From a bacterium (GTDB taxonomy: Bacteria; Bacillota_I; Bacilli_A; RFN20; CAG-826): a stretch of DNA of 64,000 nucleotides. The stretch lies in the NCBI GenBank assembly GCA_963622135.1, contig CAVFGR010000015.1, positions 1,064 to 65,063 of the forward strand. Reading direction: 5' to 3'. Numbering within the stretch: position 1 is the stretch's first letter; every line of letters starts with the position of its first letter. The position numbers and the translations under genes were made by a program. A model generated the notes under the pieces. That model saw nothing but the letters and a program-made list of their open reading frames with translations, was not told the origin of the DNA and did not search any database. Of the stretch, positions 1-10,103 are shown one piece after another.

Positions 1-1688
1 TTAAAAAAATCCTTATAAGCGGCGCGAATAATTTATATAACCATTACCCGGAAGTCGATAGACTGAACGTTTTCCCTGTTCCAGATGGCGACACCGGCAT
101 CAACATGAATCTCACCCTCACCACTGGGTCGACGGCGATTGCCAATCGAAATGACGAGAATATTTACAATATCGCCAGGGCTTTTGCGACCGGCTTAGTC
201 ATGGGCTCCCGTGGCAATTCGGGCGTTATCACCTCCCAAATTTTCTCTGGCTTCGCCAATGGCTTAAGCGGCAAAGAGAAAATCGGCGTCAAAGGCTTCG
301 TCGAAGCTTGGGAAGAAGCTAAAAAGATTGCTTATAAGGCCGTCAATAACCCGGTTGAAGGCACCATTCTTACCGTTATCAGAGAATCTTCCGATGATTT
401 AGCCAAGCATTTCGAGACCAAAAAGGATATGTCAATCGAAGAAGCGATGGACTATCTCTTCAAAGCCGCTAAGAAATCCTTGAAACATACCCCCGAACTC
501 CTTCCTGTCTTAAAGGAAGTCGGCGTTGTCGATTCCGGCGGCGCGGGCTTATGCTTCGTGATGGAAGGCATGCTCAAAGCCATGAAGGGCAAATTCGTCG
601 AAAGAAGCGATATGAACGATGCGGTCGCCAAAGATGATTCGATGACATCCTTCCTTAAAAACGGCGAAGGTTATGCCGGCGCGAAATTATCCGAAGGCGA
701 AGAAGGCTACGGTTATTGCACCCAGTTCTTGCTCCGCTTAGGGAAACCGGAAGAAGGCAAGCGTCCGTTCGTGGATAAGAAATTCGAAACCTTCTTAGCC
801 AGCCATGGTAATTCGGTCGTCCTCGTCCATGACGGCGATATCGTCAAGGTTCACGTTCATACCTTATCTCCTGGCAACATGTTGAATTACGCCCAAAACT
901 ATGGCGAATTCCTCTCCATCACCATCGAGAATATGTCCGAAGAACATGACAACATCTCCAATGGCCACGCGGCCATGGATATGGAATCCAATATCGAGAG
1001 AAAGAGAGAAAAAGAATGGTCGGAAAACGCCATCATCGTTGTCTCTTCTGGATCGGGATTGGATGAGGTTTTCAAAGAATTGGGGGCCACGAGCATCGTC
1101 TCCGGCGGCCAGACCATGAATCCGTCAACCGAAGACTTCACCAAAGCCATTGAGCAAGTTCATGCCCATAATGTCTATATCTTCCCGAATAACTCCAACA
1201 TCGTTATGGCTGCCAATCAGGCCGCTGAGCTCTTAAGCAATGAAGAGCAGAAGATAAGAGTCGTGCCGACCAATACCATCCCTGAAGGCATTGCCAGCAT
1301 GATGCAATTCGCCGAAGACGGAGATAGAGAAGAAGCCTTCGAAGCGATGAAAGATGCCATTTCGACCGTTAAATCGGGTTCCGTTACCTTTGCGACTAGG
1401 GACACCGATATCGACGGAGTCCATGTCACCAAAGACCAATATCTGGCGATGACAGGAAAACACAACATCGTCTCCTGCGTCCCTGATAAGAAGCAGGCCT
1501 TAAAAGATGTTCTTGATTCGTTGGTCGATGAAGATAGTTCTATGATCACCATCTTCGCCGGCGAGGATGTCAAAGATGAGGAAATCGATGACATTGCTGG
1601 CGGATTAACCGAGAAATACCCATTGGTGGACATCGATGTCCGTCGTGGAAACCAGCCGGTTTATTCCTTCTTGCTCGGCATTGAATAA
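1..1688 (+). CDS. DAK2-domain protein (YloV/FakA-like), 5'-truncated by window edge
   Basis: The frame is open from nt 3. The translation upstream of the first ATG (...ISGANNLYNHYPEVDRLNVFPVPDGDTGINM) matches the DAK2 N-terminus. Position upstream of recG-plsX matches the yloV locus. Confidence 0.85.
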   Translation, partial: KKILISGANNLYNHYPEVDRLNVFPVPDGDTGINMNLTLTTGSTAIANRNDENIYNIARAFATGLVMGSRGNSGVITSQIFSGFANGLSGKEKIGVKGFVEAWEEAKKIAYKAVNNPVEGTILTVIRESSDDLAKHFETKKDMSIEEAMDYLFKAAKKSLKHTPELLPVLKEVGVVDSGGAGLCFVMEGMLKAMKGKFVERSDMNDAVAKDDSMTSFLKNGEGYAGAKLSEGEEGYGYCTQFLLRLGKPEEGKRPFVDKKFETFLASHGNSVVLVHDGDIVKVHVHTLSPGNMLNYAQNYGEFLSITIENMSEEHDNISNGHAAMDMESNIERKREKEWSENAIIVVSSGSGLDEVFKELGATSIVSGGQTMNPSTEDFTKAIEQVHAHNVYIFPNNSNIVMAANQAAELLSNEEQKIRVVPTNTIPEGIASMMQFAEDGDREEAFEAMKDAISTVKSGSVTFATRDTDIDGVHVTKDQYLAMTGKHNIVSCVPDKKQALKDVLDSLVDEDSSMITIFAGEDVKDEEIDDIAGGLTEKYPLVDIDVRRGNQPVYSFLLGIE

Positions 1689-1754
1689 AAACATGATAGA
1701 CGTTCCTTCCGGAGCGTCTTTTTCTTTTTCTAGGCTAAAGCCTATAATAAACGT

Positions 1755-3755
1755 ATGAAGAAATTCAGCCTCTCCTCTTCCAAGGTCATGAACGCTAAGC
1801 TGGCGTTGATGGGGATTTTCACCTACGAAGACGTATTGTTCCATCTTCCTAGCCGTTACGAGGATTATACCTATACCAAGTTGAAGGATATCTACCAAGA
1901 CAAAGAAAGGCTTGTCATTCTCGGGCATTTGGAAGGCAACGTTAAAATCAACCGTTTCGCACATCGAAGCTTAGCGACCTTCATGTTGGTGACTGAAGAA
2001 GGCTACCTTTTCAAAGTCGAAGCCTGGAACCGCCCATATTTATCGAAAGTCATAAAGCCAAATGAGGAATATTCTCTCATCGGCTACTACGATAAGCAAA
2101 GGCATACGGTGGTGATGTCTAACTGCCTCAAGGGCAAGATTGACAAAAATGAGGCCTTAAAGCCCGTTTATCGCTTACCTGACGGAATTAGTAATCATTC
2201 CTTTGTTTCGCTCGTAAATCGGGCCCTAATCGCTTTAAGGGGCAATTTGGAAGAACAAATCCCCTTTGAGTTCCGCAAAAAATATCGATTGGATTCCATT
2301 TATGAGTCTTTGCGTATGCTTCATCAGCCAGAAAGCAGAGACGATCTCTATCGGGGCATGAGATCCCTTAAATATCTGGAAGCCCTCAGGTTTTCTCTTA
2401 AAACTCAAATCGTCAGAGACGAGAATAGAGACCTCGTCAAAGGGCACAGGCATCTTATTGATAGAAACAAACTTGAGGAATTTATTGATTCCCTCCCATA
2501 TCCATTGACTGTTTCTCAACGGAAAGCTTTGAGGGAGTGCTTGGACGATATGGATTCCCCTTCCGTTATGTATAGGCTTCTCCAAGGCGATGTCGGAAGC
2601 GGAAAAACTTTGGTCGCCGCTTTGGCGGCTTACGCTTGTTATCTAAGAGGCGAGCAGACGGCCTTGATGACTCCGACCGACGCTTTAGCCAAACAGCACT
2701 TCGAGACATTGAAAGGCTTATTCAAAGAAACCGAAGTTCATATCGGTCTTCTGACAGGTTCGATGGATCCGCATGAAAAGAGAAATACCTTAGCGGATTT
2801 AAGCGACGGGACTTTGGATATCGTCGTTGGCACGCACGCCTTATTTGCCAAATCGGTGGAATATAATTCCTTGGGTTTGGTCATCATCGACGAACAACAT
2901 AAGTTCGGCGTTAACCAAAGGACTACGTTATTAGGCAAAGGCGAGCACGCCGACCTTCTATCGATGTCGGCTACCCCGATTCCGAGGACGTTGGCCTTGA
3001 CCTTATATGGCGACTTGGATGTTTCGACCTTGACGGAATTCCCATCTGGCAAGCGCGATGTCATAACCAAAATCATGTCCCCTCATGACAAAGAAATAGG
3101 AAAATATGTTGAATCCTGTTTGAATTCTGGACATAGGATGTATGTTGTTGTTCCTCGCATCGAAAGCGACGAAAACCCATATAGCTCGGTCAAAAAGGTC
3201 TTTTCGATGTATGAAAAACGTTTTCCGAATAAGGTGACTATGCTTCATGGCTCTTTGAATCAGGAAGATAAGGACGTAGCTAACCTAGCCTTTAGAAGCG
3301 GGCTTTGTCCTATCTTGGTGGCCACATCTTTGATCGAAGTCGGGATCGACGTCAAACAAGCCAATCTCATGTTGATTTATTCTCCTTCTCACTTCTCTTT
3401 ATCGTCGTTGCACCAACTTAGAGGTCGTATCGGGCGCGATGGTTCCAAAGCCAATTGCCTCTTATTATCCGATGAAGCGGAAGAAGCCGAGAAGCTACAA
3501 GTTTTGGTCAATACGGAAGATGGTTTTGAGATTGCCGAAGCCGATTTGAAGATGCGAGGACCGGGCGAAGTCGCCGGCATTAAACAATCGGGTTTGCCTG
3601 ATTTTGCCTTTGTTAATCCCATCAATGACATAAAGATTTTCGAATGCGCCAGAGATGACGCGAAATACATCAAAGAACACAAAAACGAGGATGGAGAATT
3701 GCTCGCTTTCTATCAAAAATGCGAGGAAGAGGCCAAAGAAGTTTCCATCAGCTGA
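1755..3755 (+). CDS. recG: ATP-dependent DNA helicase RecG
   Basis: 666 aa. Walker A GDVGSGKT, DEQH box, helicase C-terminal motifs; conserved position before plsX. Confidence 0.9.
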   Translation: MKKFSLSSSKVMNAKLALMGIFTYEDVLFHLPSRYEDYTYTKLKDIYQDKERLVILGHLEGNVKINRFAHRSLATFMLVTEEGYLFKVEAWNRPYLSKVIKPNEEYSLIGYYDKQRHTVVMSNCLKGKIDKNEALKPVYRLPDGISNHSFVSLVNRALIALRGNLEEQIPFEFRKKYRLDSIYESLRMLHQPESRDDLYRGMRSLKYLEALRFSLKTQIVRDENRDLVKGHRHLIDRNKLEEFIDSLPYPLTVSQRKALRECLDDMDSPSVMYRLLQGDVGSGKTLVAALAAYACYLRGEQTALMTPTDALAKQHFETLKGLFKETEVHIGLLTGSMDPHEKRNTLADLSDGTLDIVVGTHALFAKSVEYNSLGLVIIDEQHKFGVNQRTTLLGKGEHADLLSMSATPIPRTLALTLYGDLDVSTLTEFPSGKRDVITKIMSPHDKEIGKYVESCLNSGHRMYVVVPRIESDENPYSSVKKVFSMYEKRFPNKVTMLHGSLNQEDKDVANLAFRSGLCPILVATSLIEVGIDVKQANLMLIYSPSHFSLSSLHQLRGRIGRDGSKANCLLLSDEAEEAEKLQVLVNTEDGFEIAEADLKMRGPGEVAGIKQSGLPDFAFVNPINDIKIFECARDDAKYIKEHKNEDGELLAFYQKCEEEAKEVSIS

Positions 3756-3853
3756 CCTCAAAGATAAAGCCTATCGTTTTATAATGCCTACCAAAAGTAG
3801 CGTCCTTGAATTACAATAGGTGCGTATCGCTTTAAAAGCGATGAGGTAGCTAT

Positions 3854-4828
3854 ATGATCAAAATCGCCATCGACATGATGGGCGGGGACAATGGTTCCGC
3901 CGCCACCAAAGAAGCCGTCCGACAATTTTTAAAAGACTACAAAGATGTCGAATTGATCGTATGCGGCAAGAAGGAAGAACTCTCAGATTTAGAAGGCGTG
4001 ACCTTAATCGAAGCCAACGAAGTCATCAAGATGGAGGCGGGCGTCATGGAGGTTTTAAGAAAGAAAGATTCCTCTATGGTCAAAGCCATCCGCGCCGTTG
4101 AGGCAAACAATTGCCAAGCCGTTGTTTCTTGCGGTTCTACGGGGGCTTTCCTATCTGCTTCGACCCTTATCTTGAAGAAAATCCCAGGTGTTAAACGCCC
4201 TGCCTTATGCGCCCAGTTCCCAAATATCAAAACCGGCGGTTATGTCTCGGTTCTCGATGTCGGGGCCTCGAATGAAAATACCCCAGAAGAAATCGCCCAG
4301 TTTGGCTATATGGGCACCTTATATTGCCGCGCGGCCAATGGGGTGAAAAACCCATGGGTCGGTTTGCTTTCCAATGGTTCCGAGGAGGGCAAAGGCTCTC
4401 CGGAAGGCAAAGAGGCTTATACCCTATTAAAAGGCGATGATCGCATCAGCTTCATTGGCAACGTCGAAGGCGATATGGTCATCAATTCCCGTGTCGATGT
4501 CGTCGTTACCGATGGATATTCTGGCAATATCTGCATGAAATCAACCGAAGGCGCCGCGAAAGGTTTAGGCTCTCTCCTCAAACAGGGCTTCAAGAAAAAT
4601 CTCTTTACCAAAATCGGCTATCTATTCTCTAAGTCCGCCATCAAGGAATTAAAAAATAGAATGAGTTCCAAAAAAGTAGGAGGAGCCGTCCTTTTGGGCG
4701 TCAACGCCGTGGCGGTCAAAGCCCATGGCAACTCCGATGCCGAGGCTTTCTATCATGCCATCGCTTTAGCTTATAGATTGGCGAAAGCCGATATCTGCGA
4801 AGAGATGAGGAAAGGATTTGTTGAATGA
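3854..4828 (+). CDS. plsX: phosphate acyltransferase PlsX
   Basis: N-terminus MIKIAIDMMGGD is typical of PlsX. GAGGT RBS 8 nt upstream. Confidence 0.9.
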   Translation: MIKIAIDMMGGDNGSAATKEAVRQFLKDYKDVELIVCGKKEELSDLEGVTLIEANEVIKMEAGVMEVLRKKDSSMVKAIRAVEANNCQAVVSCGSTGAFLSASTLILKKIPGVKRPALCAQFPNIKTGGYVSVLDVGASNENTPEEIAQFGYMGTLYCRAANGVKNPWVGLLSNGSEEGKGSPEGKEAYTLLKGDDRISFIGNVEGDMVINSRVDVVVTDGYSGNICMKSTEGAAKGLGSLLKQGFKKNLFTKIGYLFSKSAIKELKNRMSSKKVGGAVLLGVNAVAVKAHGNSDAEAFYHAIALAYRLAKADICEEMRKGFVE

Positions 4829-5505
4829 GCCGTTTTGATAAGCTTTTCAAAACTTTGAATATCGCTCCTAACGATCTAGCGTTATACGAGATGGCTTTTT
4901 CGCATCCTTCCGTTCATGGTGACCCGGATTACAAGGGTGGCGATTATGAACGCTTGGAATTCTTAGGCGATTCGGTTCTCGGCTATGTTTTAGCCGACAT
5001 CGTTTACAGAGAACACCCTGAATTGGATCAAGGCGGTTTATCCAAAGTCCGCACGCAGTTTGCCAAAGGCTATGCGGAAGCCGACCTTTCTTCCAAACTC
5101 GATTTGCTTAGCTATGTCAGAGTAGGCCGCGGCTTTGTTTGGGGCGAAAAGAACAAAAGAAAGATCTTAGAAGACGTATTCGAATCCTTGATTGGGGCGA
5201 TTTATCTTGATCAAGGGATGAAATTCATCTTCGCTTTATTAAGCGACATTTTCAAAGAAAAGGTCTCGGAAGCCACGCCTTCGAGCGATCCAAAGACTAT
5301 CCTTCAGGAAGCTTTGCAGGCCGAAAGGGAAATCTTTGAGTATCGTGTTCTCAAAGAAGAAGGGCCAGCCAATCAGAGAACCTTTCTCGTTGCCGTATAT
5401 GTTGATGGCACGGAATATGGGCGTGGAGCGGGAGCTTCCAAGCAAGAAGCGGAAACCAATGCCGCCAAGGACGCCCTCAGCAAGTACGCCCCGTTAGGAG
5501 ATTAA
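4825..5505 (+). CDS. rnc: ribonuclease III
   Basis: RNase III signature ERLEFLGDS and a C-terminal dsRBD. ATGA overlap with the plsX stop. Confidence 0.9.
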   Translation: MSRFDKLFKTLNIAPNDLALYEMAFSHPSVHGDPDYKGGDYERLEFLGDSVLGYVLADIVYREHPELDQGGLSKVRTQFAKGYAEADLSSKLDLLSYVRVGRGFVWGEKNKRKILEDVFESLIGAIYLDQGMKFIFALLSDIFKEKVSEATPSSDPKTILQEALQAEREIFEYRVLKEEGPANQRTFLVAVYVDGTEYGRGAGASKQEAETNAAKDALSKYAPLGD

Positions 5506-5506
5506 A

Positions 5507-6487
5507 ATGGGTCTCATATCATTTATCAAAAGCAAGTTCGGTGGCAAAAAAGACGCCAAAGCCTCGAAGTATGACCGTTCTCTTACGAAGTCTCGCTCAG
5601 CTTTCGCTGATAAGTTAAACAAATTGACCGAACGTTATAGCAAGGTCAACGAAGAATACTTCGAAGAACTAGAGGAAATTCTCATCGAAGCCGATGTCGG
5701 GGTTAAGCTTTCTTTGTCTTTGATAGACAACCTTTTATCCAAATCCGAAGAAGAAAACATCACCGACCCCAAGGCCATTAACGAAGCCTTGGTCGATATG
5801 ATGTTCGTTTCCTATATTGAAGGCGGCGACTCCGTCATCAATGAAATCTCCTTCAAAGAAGGCACTCCTACCGTTTTATTGGTCGTCGGCGTCAATGGAG
5901 TCGGGAAAACAACCACCATCGCCAAGTTAGCCAAGCGTTACCAAGATAAAGGCAAGAAAGTGATGCTGGTAGCCGCTGACACCTTCCGTGCCGGAGCGGT
6001 GGAACAGCTTTCCATTTGGGCCGAAAGACTCCATTGCCCAATCGTCGTTGGCAAAGAAAATGGCGATCCTGCTTCCGTCGCATTCGATGGGGCGAGATAC
6101 GCTAAAGAACACAACATCGATTTATGCATTGTAGACACTGCCGGAAGATTGCAAAACAAAGCCAATCTGATGGCGGAATTAGGCAAGATCAAGCGCGTTA
6201 TCGAAAGAGAAATCGAAGGCGCCCCACAGGAGACCTTCTTGGTCATCGATGCGACTACTGGCCAAAATGGCGTCGTTCAAGCCAAAGCCTTCAAAGAAGT
6301 CACTGACTTAACTGGCGTTGTCATCACCAAGATGGACGGCACCGCCAAAGGTGGCATCCTTCTTTCCATCCGTGATGAAATCGGCGTTCCTGTTCGTTTC
6401 ATCGGCTTAGGCGAGAAGATGGATGATTTGGAAGAATTCGACTTAGATCGTTACCTCCACGGCTTACTGATTGGGGGAGAAGAATGA
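5507..6487 (+). CDS. ftsY: signal recognition particle receptor FtsY
   Basis: SRP GTPase motifs [20 protein letters not shown]. Confidence 0.9.
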   Translation: MGLISFIKSKFGGKKDAKASKYDRSLTKSRSAFADKLNKLTERYSKVNEEYFEELEEILIEADVGVKLSLSLIDNLLSKSEEENITDPKAINEALVDMMFVSYIEGGDSVINEISFKEGTPTVLLVVGVNGVGKTTTIAKLAKRYQDKGKKVMLVAADTFRAGAVEQLSIWAERLHCPIVVGKENGDPASVAFDGARYAKEHNIDLCIVDTAGRLQNKANLMAELGKIKRVIEREIEGAPQETFLVIDATTGQNGVVQAKAFKEVTDLTGVVITKMDGTAKGGILLSIRDEIGVPVRFIGLGEKMDDLEEFDLDRYLHGLLIGGEE

Positions 6488-6780
6488 AAATCGAAGATAG
6501 AAACAATCTGAACATCCTCCTTGATCGATATGGAAGTTTGCTAACTTCCTCCCAACTGGAAATCATGACCGATTATTGCGCTTATGACTTATCGTTAAGC
6601 GAAATAGCCGAGTCCCGCTCCATTTCCAGAGCAGCGGTGGAAGATGCCATCAAGAAAGCCACCAAAAAATTGGTGAATTACGAAGAAAACATCAAGTTGG
6701 AAGACTTGAAAAAGAGATTGAGCAAAGCCTTAAAAGATAAGGACTTAGATAAATTGGAGGAAGAGATCAATGGCATTTGA
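6484..6780 (+). CDS. ylxM: YlxM/UPF0122 putative DNA-binding protein
   Basis: 98 aa ORF lying between ftsY and ffh, the conserved ylxM position. Confidence 0.75.
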   Translation: MKIEDRNNLNILLDRYGSLLTSSQLEIMTDYCAYDLSLSEIAESRSISRAAVEDAIKKATKKLVNYEENIKLEDLKKRLSKALKDKDLDKLEEEINGI

Positions 6781-8095
6781 AAATTTAACGGATCGCTTCC
6801 AAAGCGTCTTTAAAAAACTCAGAAGAGAAACCACCATCACCGAAGAGAATGTTGATGCGGCTTTAAAGGAAATCCGCGTGGCTTTATTAGAAAGCGACGT
6901 CAATTTCAAAGTGGTCAAAGCCTTCCTTAATTCCGTAAAGGAAAAGGCCTTGAACACCGAAGTCATCAAGAACGTCAACCCAGGCGACCAAATGGTCAAA
7001 ATCTGCCACGATGAATTAGTTGAACTCCTTGGCAAAGACAATGCCCCGTTGGACTTTAAAAAGAAACCGACAATCATCATGATGGTTGGTCTTCAGGGTT
7101 CGGGTAAAACCACGACCGCTGGTAAATTGGCTTACCTAGCCAAAAAGAAGTATGGCAAAAAAGTCTTGCTCGCCGGTTTGGACGTTTATCGTCCAGCCGC
7201 TATTGAACAATTAGGGACTTTAGCCAAATCCATCGACACCGATTTCTTTGAAATGGGAACTTCTGTTTCTCCGGTCGATGTTGCCAAAAAAGCCAAAGAC
7301 CGCTGCATTAACGAAGGGTACGACATCCTTATTTTGGATACCGCTGGTCGTTTGCAGATCGACGAAGGCCTAATGCAGGAATTGGTCGATATCGAAAACG
7401 CCGTGAACCCAGACGAAGTCTTATTGTTAGTCGATTCTATGGCGGGTCAAGAAGCCGTCAATGTGGCCAACTCCTTCCATCAGCAAGTTAAACTCACTGG
7501 TTTGATCATGTCCAAATTGGATGGCGACGCCAAAGGCGGCGCTGCTTTGTCCATCAAATATATGACCGGGCTGCCTATCAAATTCGCTGGCGTCGGCGAG
7601 AAGATCGATGAATTAGATATCTTCTATCCAGACCGTATGGCGGACCGTATCTTGGGCATGGGCGACGTTATCTCCTTAGTCGAGAAAGCCAAAGAGAGTA
7701 TCGATGAGAAAGAAGCCGAAAAAGAAGCCAAGAAGATGATGTCCGGCAACTTTACCTTGAACGATATGCTTAAACAAATGAAGATGGCAAATCGTTTAGG
7801 CTCTCTATCCAAAATCGCCGCGATGATTCCGGGTATGCCGCGCATCACCGAAGAACAGCAAGCCCAAGCCAAGAAGGAAATGAAGACCTTCGAGGCCATC
7901 ATCAATTCGATGACACCATATGAACGAAATCACCCAGAATGCTTGAAGAACTCCAGAAAGGTCCGTATCGCGAATGGTTCTGGAAAGACCAACGCCGACG
8001 TCAACCGTGTTTTAAAGAAATACGAACAAACCAAGGAAATGATGAAACAATTCAAGCAATATCAGAATTCACCAAAAGGCGGAATGTTCAGATAA
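6770..8095 (+). CDS. ffh: signal recognition particle protein Ffh
   Basis: GLQGSGKTTT, DTAGR, SKLDGD motifs and an M-domain. Confidence 0.92.
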   Translation: MAFENLTDRFQSVFKKLRRETTITEENVDAALKEIRVALLESDVNFKVVKAFLNSVKEKALNTEVIKNVNPGDQMVKICHDELVELLGKDNAPLDFKKKPTIIMMVGLQGSGKTTTAGKLAYLAKKKYGKKVLLAGLDVYRPAAIEQLGTLAKSIDTDFFEMGTSVSPVDVAKKAKDRCINEGYDILILDTAGRLQIDEGLMQELVDIENAVNPDEVLLLVDSMAGQEAVNVANSFHQQVKLTGLIMSKLDGDAKGGAALSIKYMTGLPIKFAGVGEKIDELDIFYPDRMADRILGMGDVISLVEKAKESIDEKEAEKEAKKMMSGNFTLNDMLKQMKMANRLGSLSKIAAMIPGMPRITEEQQAQAKKEMKTFEAIINSMTPYERNHPECLKNSRKVRIANGSGKTNADVNRVLKKYEQTKEMMKQFKQYQNSPKGGMFR

Positions 8096-8100
8096 AAAAG

Positions 8101-8134
8101 AAAACCTCCAAGTTCGGAGGTTTTTTATTTTTTG
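8101..8134. terminator. bidirectional rho-independent terminator (ffh / trmD convergent)
   Basis: Stem CCTCCAAGTTCGGAGG followed by a T-run. On the opposite strand an A-run precedes the stem. Confidence 0.7.
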
Positions 8135-8898
8135 ATGAACTTGTGGCCTTTCTCTAAAGCGGTGGTTTCCCACTTCGGAGTGATACCTTCGTCAGCTTCT
8201 TGAAGAAGTTTCTTATCTTGTTTTGATAATTCCAGCTTCTCGAAAAGGTCAGGACGATATTTCCTAGTTAGGAGCAAAGATTGTTTCCTTCTCCATTTCT
8301 TGATGGCTTCATGATTGCCGGAATAGAGGATATCCGGCACGGTTTGACCTTCGTAATCGTAAGGTTCCGTGTATTGAGGATATTCAAGAAGTGGTTCGTT
8401 GAAGGATTCATCTTCCAAGGAATCGGAAGTGATGGCTCCATCTAGTAAACGCATCACAGCGTCAGTAACCGCCATGGCTGGAATCTCTCCGCCGGTGAGG
8501 ACATAATCGCCGATGGAAATGAGCTCATCGACATAGTCGTTGACTCGTTCGTCAACTCCTTCGTAATGTCCGCAGACCAAGACCAAGTGATCCATTTTGG
8601 CAAACTCTTTGGCTTTGCTCTGGTTGAAGGTTGAGCCCCTCGGAGAGAATAAGCAAACGTGGCTGTTCTCATTGGAGACGGCTTTGATGCAATCGACCAA
8701 TGGTTGGCATTTGAAGATAAGGCCGGCCCCTCCTCCGATAGGTGGTGTGTCGGTTCTTCCGTATTTGTCCTTGGTGTAATCCCTGATGTTGATGACTTCC
8801 ACTTCGATGGCTTTCTTTGAGATGGCACGTTTCAAAATGGAGGTATCTAAATACCCCTGAAACATCTCTGGAAATAAGGTAAGAATGGTAACTTTCAT
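8125..8898 (-). CDS. trmD: tRNA (guanine37-N1)-methyltransferase TrmD
   Basis: 257 aa, TrmD/SPOUT fold motifs; lies downstream of rimM. Confidence 0.9.
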   Translation of the reverse strand: MKVTILTLFPEMFQGYLDTSILKRAISKKAIEVEVINIRDYTKDKYGRTDTPPIGGGAGLIFKCQPLVDCIKAVSNENSHVCLFSPRGSTFNQSKAKEFAKMDHLVLVCGHYEGVDERVNDYVDELISIGDYVLTGGEIPAMAVTDAVMRLLDGAITSDSLEDESFNEPLLEYPQYTEPYDYEGQTVPDILYSGNHEAIKKWRRKQSLLLTRKYRPDLFEKLELSKQDKKLLQEADEGITPKWETTALEKGHKFIKK

Positions 8899-9407
8899 TA
8901 ATCTAACATCCCTGGGATAACGTTGATGATGATTTTATGGTTAATTTCATCGACTTCTTTGATAAAGACTTTTGGAAGCCATGGAACAAAGAAATCTTTG
9001 TTGCCATCTCTTCTGACTCGAAGGCTCTTGGTGGCGCAGTTATCGATTAATTCGATCGCGTGTCCCAACTTATTGCCATCTTGGTCGTAAACATCCGAAG
9101 CAAAGATATCTTCATAACGAACCATACCTTCCGGAAGGACGGCTTTTTCTTCTGGGATCATGATGTCCCATTTGATATATGGCTCGACCGAAGCGATATC
9201 TTTTAACCCCTCGAAGGAGAGATAACAATAATCGCCGGAATCTCTATAAGAAGAGATAGTGGTTTCGATTTGGCTTTCGCCTTTTACCAAGAAGACCGAA
9301 TTGCCCTTCTTGAATCTTAACTTCGGGAAATCGGTATGCAAAAAGCAGAGGACTTCGCCTTTGAGCCCGAAGGTTTTTCTGATTTCTGCCAAAAGAATCA
9401 TTTTCAT
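8898..9407 (-). CDS. rimM: 16S rRNA processing protein RimM (ATG start chosen; the ORF track uses an upstream GTG at 9428)
   Basis: MKMILLAEIRKTFGLKGEV matches the RimM N-terminus. The start codon is ambiguous between 9428, 9407 and 9401. Confidence 0.75.
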   Translation of the reverse strand: MKMILLAEIRKTFGLKGEVLCFLHTDFPKLRFKKGNSVFLVKGESQIETTISSYRDSGDYCYLSFEGLKDIASVEPYIKWDIMIPEEKAVLPEGMVRYEDIFASDVYDQDGNKLGHAIELIDNCATKSLRVRRDGNKDFFVPWLPKVFIKEVDEINHKIIINVIPGMLD

Positions 9408-9431
9408 AACAAATAGAGAAAACGGCACCCT

Positions 9432-9710
9432 TTATTCGGCGCCGTTCTCCTTGCTTTCACTGAAGCTTTCAAATCTTAAATGAACGCGGATGTTGCTGTT
9501 ATCGGCCTTTCCGCAAATACCGATGGCTTCACGGAGGGCATTGGCGACGGAGCCGCGCTTGCCGATCAAGCGGGCGCAGTCATCGTCATCGGCGATAATC
9601 AAGAGAGTGACATCTTTCTTACTGCCGTTAGAAATTTCCTTAACGACGACGCTTTCTGGCTTTTCGACGAGCGGATCGATCAAAGAGTGGATGATCTTTT
9701 CGAAATCCAT
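9432..9710 (-). CDS. KH-domain RNA-binding protein (YlqC/UPF0109-like)
   Basis: IGKRGSVANALREA, a KH-type GxxG loop. Conserved position between rpsP and rimM. Confidence 0.75.
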   Translation of the reverse strand: MDFEKIIHSLIDPLVEKPESVVVKEISNGSKKDVTLLIIADDDDCARLIGKRGSVANALREAIGICGKADNSNIRVHLRFESFSESKENGAE

Positions 9711-9712
9711 GC

Positions 9713-9985
9713 TTATTTGCTTTCCTTTTTAGCAGCGGCCTTGGCATTCAAACCTTTACGGTTGAACATGGCGCGGACAGAATCGGATGGGGTGGCACCA
9801 GCGGCTAACCACTTGAGGGCCAATTCTTCGTTGATTTCAGCACCTTCTGGTCCTTTGTTCGGGTTGTAGAGACCGATCTGTTCGATGTAACGGCCATCAC
9901 GGGCAAAACGGGAGTCCGCGGCGACGATACGATAGATTGGGTCCTTATGACGACCGATTCTGGTTAATCTGATTTTAACTGACAT
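9713..9985 (-). CDS. rpsP: 30S ribosomal protein S16
   Basis: MSVKIRLTRIGRHKDPIYRIV; AAAGGAG RBS. Confidence 0.9.
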   Translation of the reverse strand: MSVKIRLTRIGRHKDPIYRIVAADSRFARDGRYIEQIGLYNPNKGPEGAEINEELALKWLAAGATPSDSVRAMFNRKGLNAKAAAKKESK

Positions 9986-10012
9986 GGTAGTAATCTCCTT
10001 TATGCGTGGCTA

Positions 10013-10041
10013 ATACTATGCCTGTGTATGTATTGTGTCAA
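10013..10041 (-). promoter_or_regulatory. sigma-A-like promoter for the rpsP-KH-rimM-trmD operon
   Basis: On the minus strand, TTGACA, a 17-nt spacer, then TAGTAT, about 25 nt upstream of the rpsP RBS. Confidence 0.55.
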
Positions 10042-10103
10042 GCAAATTCGCTTTACAGATAAAAAATAATCAATGCTATGCATTAAGGGCTATAATTAAA
10101 ACC

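Noticed and set aside
899-1633. Antisense or alternate-frame ORFs inside the DAK2 gene (899-1150 -, 901-1119 +, 1217-1633 -, 1233-1463 -)
   Set aside because: They lie entirely within a conserved coding region on the other strand or frame. They have no RBS and low-complexity, Ser/Pro-rich translations typical of spurious ORFs.
8454-8828. 124-aa antisense ORF within trmD, and similar ORFs within rimM/rpsP
   Set aside because: They overlap conserved genes on the opposite strand and have no start signals.
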